The translations under genes were made by a program, and so were the position numbers. A stretch of 64,000 nt of DNA, taken from contig CBDCTZ010000013.1 of the NCBI GenBank assembly GCA_965222375.1, forward strand, positions 352,001 through 416,000, given 5' to 3'. The DNA comes from Polyangiaceae bacterium. Lineage in GTDB: Bacteria; Myxococcota_A; Polyangia; Polyangiales; Polyangiaceae. Under the pieces are notes generated by a model. It saw nothing but the letters and a program-made list of their open reading frames with translations. It was not told where the DNA came from and did not search any database. This document shows, in pieces, positions 18,699 through 28,257 of this stretch (positions are counted from its first letter, which is position 1; every line of letters begins with the position of its first letter).

Positions 18699-20905
18699 GC
18701 CAAGCCGTTCAGCTCTCGCCCGACGACGCAAGGCCCCCCGTCGCGTCGGGGGCTCAAGCCAGCATCGTCATCGTTGGCAACCCGAACGTGGGCAAGACGA
18801 CGCTTTTCAACGCGCTGACAGGGCAGCGTGCCCGAGTCGGCAACTATCCGGGAATTACGGTCGAGCGACGTCTTGGCCGCATCGAAATCGGCACCGACAC
18901 CACCATCGAGGCAGTGGATGTGCCTGGCGCCTACTCGCTTTGCGCGCGCTCCGCGGAAGAGCAAATTGCCATCAACTCCGTGCTCGGCATCGCCGGCTAC
19001 CCCGAGCCGGCGATGGTCGTTCTTGTGGTGGACAGCGGCCAGCTCATCCGCAACCTATATCTTGCGCTGCAGCTCGCGGAGCTTGGTGCGCCCTTCGTGA
19101 TCGCGCTGAACATGATCGACGAAGTTACCGAAGCGCCGCCGAGTGCCGAAGCGGTCGGAGCCTTGTTCGGAGTGCCCTGCGTGAGCACGGACGCGCGCCG
19201 AAAGACTGGTATCGACAAGCTCAAGTCGGCGATTGCCGACGCGCTGAGGACGCCTCCAACGCCCAGGATTCATGTCGCGTATCCGCAGGACTTGCTGAAG
19301 TCTGCGGACCGGGTCGCCGAGACCTTGCCAGACGCCTGGCGGGGCAGCGTGGAGCGCGACCGTGCCCTAGCCCTGTGGGCGCTCAGCAGCGTGGATGTCG
19401 ACGATGAACTCGCCGACTTTCCGCAAGAAGCTCGAGAGATGTGCTTGCAGGTGCAGCAGGAATCGGATCCGAAAGACCTGGACCGCTCGATCATCGCTGC
19501 CCGCTACGAGTTCTTGGACGATAGCGCTCACGCACTCTACGCCGAGTCGCGTCCGGATCCCCGCAAGCGTCCCTCCTCGGAGCGAGTCGATCGGATTTTG
19601 CTCCACCCCGTTTTCGGCTTCGCCATCTTCATCGGAGTGATGCTGGCGTTGTTTCAGGCCCTGTTCTCCTGGGCGGATCCAGCCATCGTGGTCGTCGAGA
19701 CGGCCTTCGGCGTCGTCGGCAAGTTGGTGCGTGCGGTTCTGCCAGCGGGGGTGTTCAGCGACCTGGTCGTCGAGGGCCTCATTGGCGGTGTCGGGAATGT
19801 GGTCGTGTTCCTACCGCAAATCCTACTGCTGTTTCTGTTCATCGGTATCCTCGAAGACAGCGGCTACATGGCGCGGGTGGCGTACTTGATGGACCGCATC
19901 ATGAAGGCCCTGGGCCTGCATGGCCGTGCCTTCGTCCCCATGCTGTCGGGCTTTGCGTGTGCGGTTCCGGCGATCATGGCCACCCGCACCATGGAGCGTT
20001 TTCGGGATCGCTTGCTGACCATGTTGGTCATTCCGCTGATGACCTGCTCTGCGCGTCTTCCGGTCTACACCTTGATCATTGCAGCGCTGTTCCCACCGTC
20101 CACGGTGTTGGGCTGGGTCCCGGTTCAAGGGCTGCTCATGGTCGCGATGTACCTGTTTTCGACCCTCGTCGCGTTGGCCGCCGCGGCAGTATTGGGGCGC
20201 ACGGTCGTCAAGGGCCGAAGCGTGCCGCTGCTGCTCGAGCTGCCGCCCTACCGAATGCCCGGGGCACGCGCGGTGCTGCGACAGATGTGGGATCGCGCTG
20301 TGTTGTTTTTGAAAGAGGCAGGCAGCGTCATCCTCGTCGCGACAGTCGTGCTGTGGGCACTTCTGTCCTTTCCCAAGGCGCCCCCAACGGCAGAATCGCC
20401 GTCACAAGCCGTCGCGGCCACACAGGTTTCACGGGATGCCGCGCCAGCTGCGCGGACCGAGGCGCAACAAAGCGCCGCCGCATTAGAACACAGCTATGGC
20501 GGACGCCTCGGCAAAGCCTTGGAACCCGTGATTCGACCGCTCGGCTTCGATTGGAAGATCGGGGTGGGCATCATCGGCGCTTTCGCGGCTCGGGAGGTTT
20601 TCGTCTCGACCCTTGGGCTGGTCTACGGCATCGGAGACGACGTCGACGAAGAATCCGATTCCTTGCGCGAAAAGATCCGTACGGAAAAGCACGCAGACGG
20701 TTCCACCATCTACACCCCGCTGACCGGCCTGAGCCTGATGGTTTTTTTCGCCCTGGCGTGCCAATGCATGAGCACGCTGGCGGTGCTGAAGCGCGAAACC
20801 CGCAGTTGGCGTTGGCCTGCGTTTCTATTCGTCTACATGACTGGCCTGGCCTACCTAGCCAGTCTGTTAGTGTTTCAACTCGGAAAACTGTTCGGCTTTA
20901 GCTAG
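18695..20905 (+). CDS. feoB: Ferrous iron transport protein B
   Basis: GNPNVGKT, NYPGITVE, DVPGAYS, NMID, LEDSGYMAR, GFACAVPA, TCSARLP; GTGA overlap with feoA. Confidence 0.97.
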   Translation: MSQAVQLSPDDARPPVASGAQASIVIVGNPNVGKTTLFNALTGQRARVGNYPGITVERRLGRIEIGTDTTIEAVDVPGAYSLCARSAEEQIAINSVLGIAGYPEPAMVVLVVDSGQLIRNLYLALQLAELGAPFVIALNMIDEVTEAPPSAEAVGALFGVPCVSTDARRKTGIDKLKSAIADALRTPPTPRIHVAYPQDLLKSADRVAETLPDAWRGSVERDRALALWALSSVDVDDELADFPQEAREMCLQVQQESDPKDLDRSIIAARYEFLDDSAHALYAESRPDPRKRPSSERVDRILLHPVFGFAIFIGVMLALFQALFSWADPAIVVVETAFGVVGKLVRAVLPAGVFSDLVVEGLIGGVGNVVVFLPQILLLFLFIGILEDSGYMARVAYLMDRIMKALGLHGRAFVPMLSGFACAVPAIMATRTMERFRDRLLTMLVIPLMTCSARLPVYTLIIAALFPPSTVLGWVPVQGLLMVAMYLFSTLVALAAAAVLGRTVVKGRSVPLLLELPPYRMPGARAVLRQMWDRAVLFLKEAGSVILVATVVLWALLSFPKAPPTAESPSQAVAATQVSRDAAPAARTEAQQSAAALEHSYGGRLGKALEPVIRPLGFDWKIGVGIIGAFAAREVFVSTLGLVYGIGDDVDEESDSLREKIRTEKHADGSTIYTPLTGLSLMVFFALACQCMSTLAVLKRETRSWRWPAFLFVYMTGLAYLASLLVFQLGKLFGFS

Positions 20906-20955
20906 CGGCGAGCAATTCCCGGTGCCCAGGTCGGAACGATCGCCTGACGTGAGGC

Positions 20956-21813
20956 CTAGAAGTGACCGCTCACGCTCGCGAAACCGCCGCCGCGAGTGGG
21001 CAGCACGTCCACGTGCACCCGGCGGGCACTGTCTTCAGCCGCAGCATCCCCGCCCCCACCCGAGGGCTTCAGGAAGAAGTACGTGGCCAGCCCGAGGGAG
21101 ACAACGCCCACGCCCAGGCCGATATCCGCGAACAAATACTTCTGCTTGATGGGGTCGATGTCGTCGTCGGTGCAGGTTTTGGTGTCAGCGCACGCTAAGC
21201 CATTCTCGTCGCTCTTGCCGGTCAACGCGAAAAACGCAAAAGCACCCAGGCCGACAGCGCCGACGCCCGTGAACACGTAGGCCAGAGTCTTGTCACTGGC
21301 GTCATCCGTAGACACTCCGGCACCGCCCCCAGTTGGCGTTTCGCCGCCGTAGTCCGCCACGATGTTCTGGGCCTTCTGGCCTTCCTTGACCGTGAAACGC
21401 ACCTCTTTCGTCCCGTGTTCGGCACTCTCGAAGGTGAAGACCTGACCACCGGGATCCATGGGCAGGGAGCGACCGTCCAGGGTCTCGGCGATGACTTCCT
21501 CGCCAATCAGAACCCGCACATCACTGACTTCTTCGCCCTTGACCTTGGCGCTGAACACGACAGTCGGAAGCTGACTGTCAACCTCACCGAGCCACTTGCC
21601 ACAGTCTCGCTTGATGAAGTCCGGACACGCGGCCTGCGCGCAGATCAGCAACGCTTCACGCGCCGCGCGTAGTTTGCTTTGGGACTTGAGCTCTTGGCTC
21701 TTTTCGTACGCCCCGGCGCACTCTTTTGCGTCCGCCTGCGCCGTCGCGGTGACTGACAGGGGGAGCAGCAGGGCGGCGCCGATGACAGCCCCGTGGGAAA
21801 TCCTAGAAGCCAT
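20956..21813 (-). CDS. Exported myxobacterial protein (PEGA-like, C-terminal G-x-F), commonly downstream of kinases
   Basis: Signal peptide (AQA), C..AYE..Q, CAQAACP, C-terminal SVSGHF. Confidence 0.7.
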   Translation of the reverse strand: MASRISHGAVIGAALLLPLSVTATAQADAKECAGAYEKSQELKSQSKLRAAREALLICAQAACPDFIKRDCGKWLGEVDSQLPTVVFSAKVKGEEVSDVRVLIGEEVIAETLDGRSLPMDPGGQVFTFESAEHGTKEVRFTVKEGQKAQNIVADYGGETPTGGGAGVSTDDASDKTLAYVFTGVGAVGLGAFAFFALTGKSDENGLACADTKTCTDDDIDPIKQKYLFADIGLGVGVVSLGLATYFFLKPSGGGGDAAAEDSARRVHVDVLPTRGGGFASVSGHF

Positions 21814-21855
21814 GGGCCAAGTGTAGTTCAAGTGTGGCCAGAGCTACAGAAACTC

Positions 21856-23481
21856 TCAGAGGCACTCGGGCTTCACCCGTTTCACACCGCTCTTGTCGAC
21901 GTAGTAGGGTGGACTGCAGTTCTTCGCCGGCTTGGGCGCAGGCGGTGGGGGTTTCGGCTTGGTTTTAGGGGGTTGCGGCTTAGGCGGCCGCCAGGCCCGG
22001 GTTGGCACAGGTTTGGGCGCCGGAACGGGCTTGGCCTTGGGTTCCTCCACCTTCGGGTCTTCAGGAGGATCGTCCGCGGCAGCGGTTGCACTCGGCACCG
22101 GGTCCGGCTCCACCGCAGTTTCCGTGGGGGCAGCTGGCGCGGTCGGTTGCTCAGGCGTGGCCGGCACATCCAGGACGAGGTCCGGCTCTGGCTCGCGATT
22201 GATGAATACGAAAAGCACGACCAGAAAGGCGATCCCGAGCGCGACGGCGATACCCACTAGAGCCGCGACGATTCCGCTCCTCTTGCCGGAGGTTTCGTAC
22301 TCGTAGCTCGGCGCGGTCACGTTGGATGGGTTGGTTGCGATGTGAGCCGCCGGAGGGGCAAGCGCGGGCGAACTCAACTGCGAGTTCCTAACCTGGGAGG
22401 GCGATGTCACCTGGGACGGGACTTCGTTCAGGGGATTGGAGCCCAGAGGTACCGGCGAACCCGGGGCCGACATGGGAGGAACTTGCGGACCGACGTGAGA
22501 GGACACGCTCTCGATCTCTGCGACTTGCTCGGCGCGCTTATTCAGCGAATCCCCGCCGACCTCCTCGACCCACTCGCCCACCTCACGGGGCAGGGCAACG
22601 TGTCCGGACTTCTCGAGGGCAATCGCGAAATCCCGAGCGCTGGCGTAGCGGCTCTCGGGCTCTCGACGAAGCGCGAGTAGCACCAGATCGTCGACTTCCA
22701 CCGGCAAGCTGGGCTCGATGCTCGTCGGCGGCGGCACCTTCACCTCCAGGAGTTTCGTCAACACCTCTCCCGGATCGCTGCCATCGAAAAGACGCCGTCC
22801 GGTCAGGGCCTCCCACAGCACGATGCCGGCAGCGAAGACATCAGTACGCCGGTCGACGCCCTTCCCGCGCATTTGCTCGGGCGCCATGTAGCTGATCTTG
22901 CCCTTCATCTGGCCGTCCCGGGTCGTGGACACCCGCATGGCGGCCTTCGCAACACCAAAGTCGAGCACCCGGGCCACGCCATCGGTCCCCACCAGGACAT
23001 TTTGTGGGCTGACATCTCGATGCACGATGCCCAGGGGTCGTCCACGCTCGCTCTTGGCTTCGTGGGCAGCGTGCAACCCATGCAGGGCGCCGGCCATGAT
23101 GCTCATGGCAATCCGCAGGGGGACGGGCTTGTTCATTCGTCGGGCAGCCCGGATCAGCTTGGATAGCGCCTCACCCTGGACGTACTCCATGACCAGGAAC
23201 AGTTCGTCGTCGACGGCGACGATGTCCAAGGTCGGCACCACGTTTGGGTGCTGGATACGGGCCGCCAACCGGGCCTCGTCCACGAACATGGACACGAAAT
23301 CCGGGTCCTTGGCGAATTGCGGATGCAGGCGTTTGATGGCTACGGTGCGGGAGAAGCCGACCTGCCCAACCAGCCGCCCGAAGTGCACCGTCGCCATGCC
23401 ACCGGACGCAACTTCCCCATAGATGGCGTAGCGCCCGACGATTCGGGGTTGAAATTGCTGGGAAGCCGGGGCGGCTTGCAT
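21856..23481 (-). CDS. Transmembrane Ser/Thr kinase with Pro-rich tail and C-terminal C.PPY...KPECL motif
   Basis: ASGGMATV, VAIK, HRDVSPQN, DFGVAK, YMAPE; one TM segment; start placed at ATG 23481. Confidence 0.93.
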   Translation of the reverse strand: MQAAPASQQFQPRIVGRYAIYGEVASGGMATVHFGRLVGQVGFSRTVAIKRLHPQFAKDPDFVSMFVDEARLAARIQHPNVVPTLDIVAVDDELFLVMEYVQGEALSKLIRAARRMNKPVPLRIAMSIMAGALHGLHAAHEAKSERGRPLGIVHRDVSPQNVLVGTDGVARVLDFGVAKAAMRVSTTRDGQMKGKISYMAPEQMRGKGVDRRTDVFAAGIVLWEALTGRRLFDGSDPGEVLTKLLEVKVPPPTSIEPSLPVEVDDLVLLALRREPESRYASARDFAIALEKSGHVALPREVGEWVEEVGGDSLNKRAEQVAEIESVSSHVGPQVPPMSAPGSPVPLGSNPLNEVPSQVTSPSQVRNSQLSSPALAPPAAHIATNPSNVTAPSYEYETSGKRSGIVAALVGIAVALGIAFLVVLFVFINREPEPDLVLDVPATPEQPTAPAAPTETAVEPDPVPSATAAADDPPEDPKVEEPKAKPVPAPKPVPTRAWRPPKPQPPKTKPKPPPPAPKPAKNCSPPYYVDKSGVKRVKPECL

Positions 23482-23582
23482 ATGGGATGGAAGAATAACA
23501 GATGGGCCGGATGGCGGGTAATCAGCGGAGGGTACGCACCAGGCGTCCGTCAGATCTTGACGCACCGCGGCATGGTCCGCCA

Positions 23583-24188
23583 GTGGACGCCGAGTTTCTG
23601 TCTCAGCCGGTGCTAGCTCTGGCGCGCCGATTGGTGGGCAGCTTGTTGCTGCACAAAACGCGGGTTGGATGGGTCGGCGGACGAATCGTCGAGACAGAAG
23701 CGTACCGCGGGCCGGACGACCAAGCCGCGCACAGTTACGCAGGTCGCCGTACACCCAGAACGGAGGTTATGTATGGGCCAGCGGGCCGCGCATATTTGTT
23801 CTTCCTCTACGGCATGCACTGGAACTTCAACGTCGTCGCCGGCGCGGTCGACCAACCGCACGCAGTACTCGTTCGTGGGCTCGAACCGATCTGGGGCGTG
23901 GAGCTCATGGCCAAGCGCCGCGGGCTCGGAGTAGACGACGTGAAGTTGACGAACGGACCAGGCAAGTTGTGTCAGGCACTCAGCCTGAACCGCTCGCACT
24001 ACGGTGCGGACCTCACCCAAGGCCCTTTGCTGCTGCTGCCCGGAAAAGCAGTGCGCGTGGCGCGCAGCCCGCGCATCGGAATCGACTACGCCGGCGAGTG
24101 GGCCGCCCGACCGTGGCGATTTTGTGACCCAAACAGCCGCTACCTATCCCGACCGCCGCGCTTGCAAGGTAGGCTCAAGCGACCATGA
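23583..24188 (+). CDS. mpg: 3-methyladenine DNA glycosylase (MPG/AAG family)
   Basis: RIVETEAY, D.AAHS, YGMHW.FN, AVLVRGLEP, NGPGKLCQAL, PRIGI; start uncertain. Confidence 0.92.
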   Translation: MDAEFLSQPVLALARRLVGSLLLHKTRVGWVGGRIVETEAYRGPDDQAAHSYAGRRTPRTEVMYGPAGRAYLFFLYGMHWNFNVVAGAVDQPHAVLVRGLEPIWGVELMAKRRGLGVDDVKLTNGPGKLCQALSLNRSHYGADLTQGPLLLLPGKAVRVARSPRIGIDYAGEWAARPWRFCDPNSRYLSRPPRLQGRLKRP

Positions 24189-25495
24189 GCGACCGCTTCC
24201 CTTCGGACCCTCCCCCGCTGCGTGTGATTCGTAGCTACCCGCCGTCCCGACCACCGGGTGCCAAGGAGGAGTACAAGGGCCCGCTCCTCGGCAAGAAGCT
24301 GCTCCTAGTCGTCACAGGAAGCATCGCCGCCTACAAGGCCCCTATGCTGCTCCGTCTGCTCCGCAAGGCCGGGGCGGAGGTGCAAGTCGTGCTGACGCGC
24401 TCCGCCACCCATTTCGTGGGGCCCGCCACCTTCGGCGGCCTGTCCGACCAACCGTGCCACACAGACATGTGGGCACCGTCCGCAGCCGGTGAGTACCACG
24501 TGCAGTTGGCCCAGCAGGCGGATCTCATCCTGGTCGCGCCGGCCACTGCCGATTTCATCGCGCGCCTCGCCTCCGGACGCGCCGACGATCTTGCAACTGC
24601 GACCCTTCTGTCTGCAGCCTGCCCGGTGCTGCTAGCCCCCGCCATGCACCCGAATATGTGGGGACACCCTGCGACCCAGCGCAACGTCGCTACCCTAGAG
24701 GCCCATGGCAGAGTGGAGCGTATCGGCCCCACTCACGGCGAGGTGGCGTCCGGTGAAAGCGGTGTCGGGCGCATGGCAGAACCCGAAGAGATCGCGAGCC
24801 GCACGATCACACGCCTGTCACCGCGGGATCTGCAAGGGCGTCACTTCGTCGTCACCGCGGGCCCGACGTTGGAAGACTTGGACCCGGTACGGTTCATCGG
24901 CAATCGCTCCAGCGGCAAGATGGGTTATGCCATCGCCGAACGCGCCGCAGCGCGAGGGGCGCGCACCACGCTCATCTCCGGGCCCACCAGCCTTGCCACG
25001 CCTCAGGGACTGCAGTGCGTCGACGTGCGCAGCGCCGTCGCCATGCGGAGCGCGGTGTGGCAAGCCTTGGGACCGGATTTGGCTCTCGCTGACGCGTTGA
25101 TCATGGCCGCAGCCGTGGGGGACTATCGCCCGACCGAGACCCGAGCGACGAAGATCAAACGAGACGCCGAGGCGGCTACCGTCGAGCTCACGAAGAACCC
25201 CGACATCCTGGCCGAAGTTGGCAAGGCACGCAGCTCAAAGCGGCCGATCCTCGTGGGCTTTGCCGTCGAGACCGACAACGACGCCAAGGTGGCGGAGTAT
25301 GCGCGCAAGAAGCTGAAGCAGAAGCTTTGCGACGTCGTGGTCGCCAATCACGCCGATGACGCCTTCGGTAAGGACGATAACCGCATCACCTTCGTGACTG
25401 AGAGCAACACAGATCCTCTGCCACGATTGTCCAAGTACCAACTTGCAGACCACATTCTGGACTGGGTTGCGAAGCGCATTGGTGCGCCCGCATGA
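24185..25495 (+). CDS. coaBC: Bifunctional phosphopantothenoylcysteine decarboxylase/synthetase
   Basis: TGSIAAYK, APATAD, PAMH..MW, TAGPT.E.LDPVRFIGNRSSGKMG, AAVGDY, VGFAVET. Confidence 0.96.
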   Translation: MSDRFPSDPPPLRVIRSYPPSRPPGAKEEYKGPLLGKKLLLVVTGSIAAYKAPMLLRLLRKAGAEVQVVLTRSATHFVGPATFGGLSDQPCHTDMWAPSAAGEYHVQLAQQADLILVAPATADFIARLASGRADDLATATLLSAACPVLLAPAMHPNMWGHPATQRNVATLEAHGRVERIGPTHGEVASGESGVGRMAEPEEIASRTITRLSPRDLQGRHFVVTAGPTLEDLDPVRFIGNRSSGKMGYAIAERAAARGARTTLISGPTSLATPQGLQCVDVRSAVAMRSAVWQALGPDLALADALIMAAAVGDYRPTETRATKIKRDAEAATVELTKNPDILAEVGKARSSKRPILVGFAVETDNDAKVAEYARKKLKQKLCDVVVANHADDAFGKDDNRITFVTESNTDPLPRLSKYQLADHILDWVAKRIGAPA

Positions 25496-26160
25496 AGCGA
25501 GTGTTGCTCGTCTTTGCGGTGATCACCGCGGCGAATGCCGTGGCGTTTCGTCCAGAGGCAGCAGCATCGGCCAAATTTTGGCTGGCCCTCGGTGCCCCTT
25601 ATGCATTGCTTGCTGCCCTCGCCGTGTATCGGCTTTGGGACACGGACACCCTCCGCGATGTGCTGCGCCCTAGATGGGGAGATCTGTCCATTGGCGCCTT
25701 GACCGCGGCCGCACTGCTCTTGGCATCCTGGGTCGGTCGCAGTGTGCTGTCACCACCTGGCACGGATCGCGGTGCTTGGCTGTATCGGATCTACCTGCAG
25801 ATCGGCAGCAGCGAGGCGTTGCAGCGCTCCATCTTGCTGACATCGCTACTGCTTGTGATACCCGTCCTCGAGGAATTGGTCTGGCGCTCTTACGTGCTCG
25901 ACCAGCTTTTGGAGCGCTTCGGCAAACGCCGCGGCTGGCCGTTGGCTGCGTTGCTGTACTCCTTGTCGCTGACCCCAACCGTCTTCGCTCTCGCGGATCC
26001 CCAAGCGGGCCCGAACCCACTGCTCGTGCTCGCGGCTCTTGGCTGCGGCCTGGTCTGGAGCTTCATGACCATGGTCAGCGGCCGCTTGCCACCCGTGATC
26101 ATATCCCACATGGCGTTCACCTACTTTTCGACTGCGCAGTTCCGCTTCCCAGGCGCGTGA
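25492..26160 (+). CDS. CPBP (Abi/CAAX) family intramembrane protease
   Basis: Polytopic; EELVWR and IISHMAF motifs; ATGA-coupled to coaBC. Confidence 0.8.
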   Translation: MKRVLLVFAVITAANAVAFRPEAAASAKFWLALGAPYALLAALAVYRLWDTDTLRDVLRPRWGDLSIGALTAAALLLASWVGRSVLSPPGTDRGAWLYRIYLQIGSSEALQRSILLTSLLLVIPVLEELVWRSYVLDQLLERFGKRRGWPLAALLYSLSLTPTVFALADPQAGPNPLLVLAALGCGLVWSFMTMVSGRLPPVIISHMAFTYFSTAQFRFPGA

Positions 26161-26314
26161 GGCGCGTTCGGGCAGTGCGCCGGGCTCACTCCGTCACGCT
26201 TTCTGCCCATTCGATCGGCTGCGCGTCCGTGAGGTGCATCGGACGATGCGGGTGCTGCAGACACACCATCTGCGCAAGCGATTGAACCTGGAACAAGGTG
26301 TTCGTAGTACTCCA

Positions 26315-27151
26315 CTAGGCAACAAGGCGCGCAACGTCTTCACTCTCGCGGTCAGCTTCTTCGAGCATGTAAACCACGTCGTCGGTTTTCACCCCGTAGC
26401 GTGCGTGCGCGAGTTCGACGATGCGTTCGGTGCAGGCCGGGTCGTCGTGATCTTTGATTATGCTAGCAAGCGTCACGGCGGGCAACTCCGACGCGTCGCA
26501 ATGGTGGTGTGCGATGGCCTTGGCGAGGGTTTCGGGGAAGCTCCAAGTCGCGCACGCCCAAGCCGCGACGGTGCCGTGGCAGAAGCCGAACGCCTGGGAC
26601 TCGAGATGGGACAGGTCCCCGCCACCCGTACGCCACTCGTGACGCACCTGTCGGTACTCTTCACCGCGCGCATGACTCAAGAGGGGGATGGCCATGTCCG
26701 AAAGGAGCGCGGCGGTGAGGCTTTCAGACACCGTCACCGGGTGCAGTGCCCGAGCAAAAACGCGCGCAGCGCTGGCGCGTCGAATCGCTGCCCGCCAGAA
26801 CTCGATGGAGTTGAAGCCCGGCACGGGACTCGAGGGCAGCGCACTCTTCACGGCTGCCGCAAGCACGATCTGCTCGATCCTCGAGCGACCCAAGAGCGTC
26901 ACGGCTTGAGAGACATTCTTCGCAGGGTGGCGCATGGCATAGGCGGCAGAAGACGTGATGTGCAGCACCTGCACGCTCAGCTGGGGGTCGGCGGAGATGG
27001 CGTTGGCCACTTCGCCCAGAGCCACGTCGGGTTTGCGCAGCTGGTCGAGAGCGGTGAGTGCGGCGGTCTTGAAAGTGGGTAGCTCGTACTTGCCTAGCGC
27101 CTCGCGCAGAGCCTTTTCCGGATCCTCTTTGCGCTTCAGCCAACTGAACAT
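26315..27151 (-). CDS. HDOD domain protein (standalone)
   Basis: LPTF, ISADPQLSVQVL...SSAAY, AVTLLG, FW, AALLSDMA, E...FGFCH..VAAW...WSFP..LA.AI.HHH. Confidence 0.88.
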   Translation of the reverse strand: MFSWLKRKEDPEKALREALGKYELPTFKTAALTALDQLRKPDVALGEVANAISADPQLSVQVLHITSSAAYAMRHPAKNVSQAVTLLGRSRIEQIVLAAAVKSALPSSPVPGFNSIEFWRAAIRRASAARVFARALHPVTVSESLTAALLSDMAIPLLSHARGEEYRQVRHEWRTGGGDLSHLESQAFGFCHGTVAAWACATWSFPETLAKAIAHHHCDASELPAVTLASIIKDHDDPACTERIVELAHARYGVKTDDVVYMLEEADRESEDVARLVA

Positions 27152-28179
27152 CACTCACCTCTCCGTGCCATCTTGTTGGCGAAGATGCTCAGCAGGCCAC
27201 CGAGCATGACGTACCCAAGTACGACTTGCACCATGACAACGGCCTGACTCAGAGCGGTTGTCGGCAGCACGTCGCCATAGCCGAGGGTCGTCAAGGTCAC
27301 GACGCTGAAGTAGAAGGGAGACAGCCATGTGGGGTTGTCGCCGAAATTGATGGGCAACACCGAGTACGCGACGCCGAAGACAAGTGCCAGGCCGAGGGTC
27401 CACAACGTCCAACGCAACAAGCTGCGTCCGCAATCGCTGCTCACGGACCAAACCTTGTAGAGCCAAGGAAAGCGCGCTTCGAATTCGTCAAGGTAGTTCT
27501 GGTCGATGATGTGCCGGCGAAGCAGGTACGCCCCCGAGAAGTCCACTTGGTGTATTTCTGCGCGCAAGAAGCTCGCGTGTTCAAATCCTTCCAAGCGGCG
27601 AAGCCTTGTCCCAGACAAGATGGCGTCGTCGAGACGAGCCCCGCTAACGTGAGCGCCATCGAGATCCGCACCGCCCAGATCCGCCCCGTCGAGAGACGCT
27701 CCCTTCAGATCCGCCTCGCACAGTCGCGCTCCGCACAGCTTTGCGTGGCGCAAGTCCGCGTCCGTGAGCGCCGCGTTGGATAGTGTCGCTTCGCTCAACT
27801 CCGCCTCGAACAGAGTGGCGCGCTCGAGTCGCGCGTGCCCCAGCCCCGCGCGATGCGCTTTCGCTCGAGACAGATCCGCATCTGCCAAGTCCACACTCAG
27901 CAGCTCGGCGCCGGAGAGGTCCGCCTCGACCAGAATCGCGCCCCTGAGAACGCTGCCCCGCAAGTCGGCGCCAGATAAGTTCGACAGGCTCAAATCTGCC
28001 CCGGACAAATCTAGCCCGGACAGGTCCCGATTCGACAGATCCAGACCCACCAACCGCGCGTCCGGCTCGAGTGCCGGCTCCAGCTTCGACACCGCACGCC
28101 GCGCTGCGCCGGGCGCATCGTCGTCAGAGGAATGCTTAGCCGCATGTAGGTTGATGAGCGTTGCCATCTTCTCGTCCAA
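27151..28179 (-). CDS. Pentapeptide-repeat protein fused to a 2-TM K+ channel (Ion_trans_2) domain
   Basis: Long run of A(D/N)Lxx pentapeptides; C-terminal YFSVVTLTTLGYGD selectivity filter between two TM helices. Confidence 0.92.
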   Translation of the reverse strand: MDEKMATLINLHAAKHSSDDDAPGAARRAVSKLEPALEPDARLVGLDLSNRDLSGLDLSGADLSLSNLSGADLRGSVLRGAILVEADLSGAELLSVDLADADLSRAKAHRAGLGHARLERATLFEAELSEATLSNAALTDADLRHAKLCGARLCEADLKGASLDGADLGGADLDGAHVSGARLDDAILSGTRLRRLEGFEHASFLRAEIHQVDFSGAYLLRRHIIDQNYLDEFEARFPWLYKVWSVSSDCGRSLLRWTLWTLGLALVFGVAYSVLPINFGDNPTWLSPFYFSVVTLTTLGYGDVLPTTALSQAVVMVQVVLGYVMLGGLLSIFANKMARRGE

Positions 28180-28257
28180 CCCCAGGAACGGCAGGCCACG
28201 GCTAGACCTTGAATTGATTGAGATTTTGGGCCGATTCCGGCCTCCGCCCAGCGTGCG

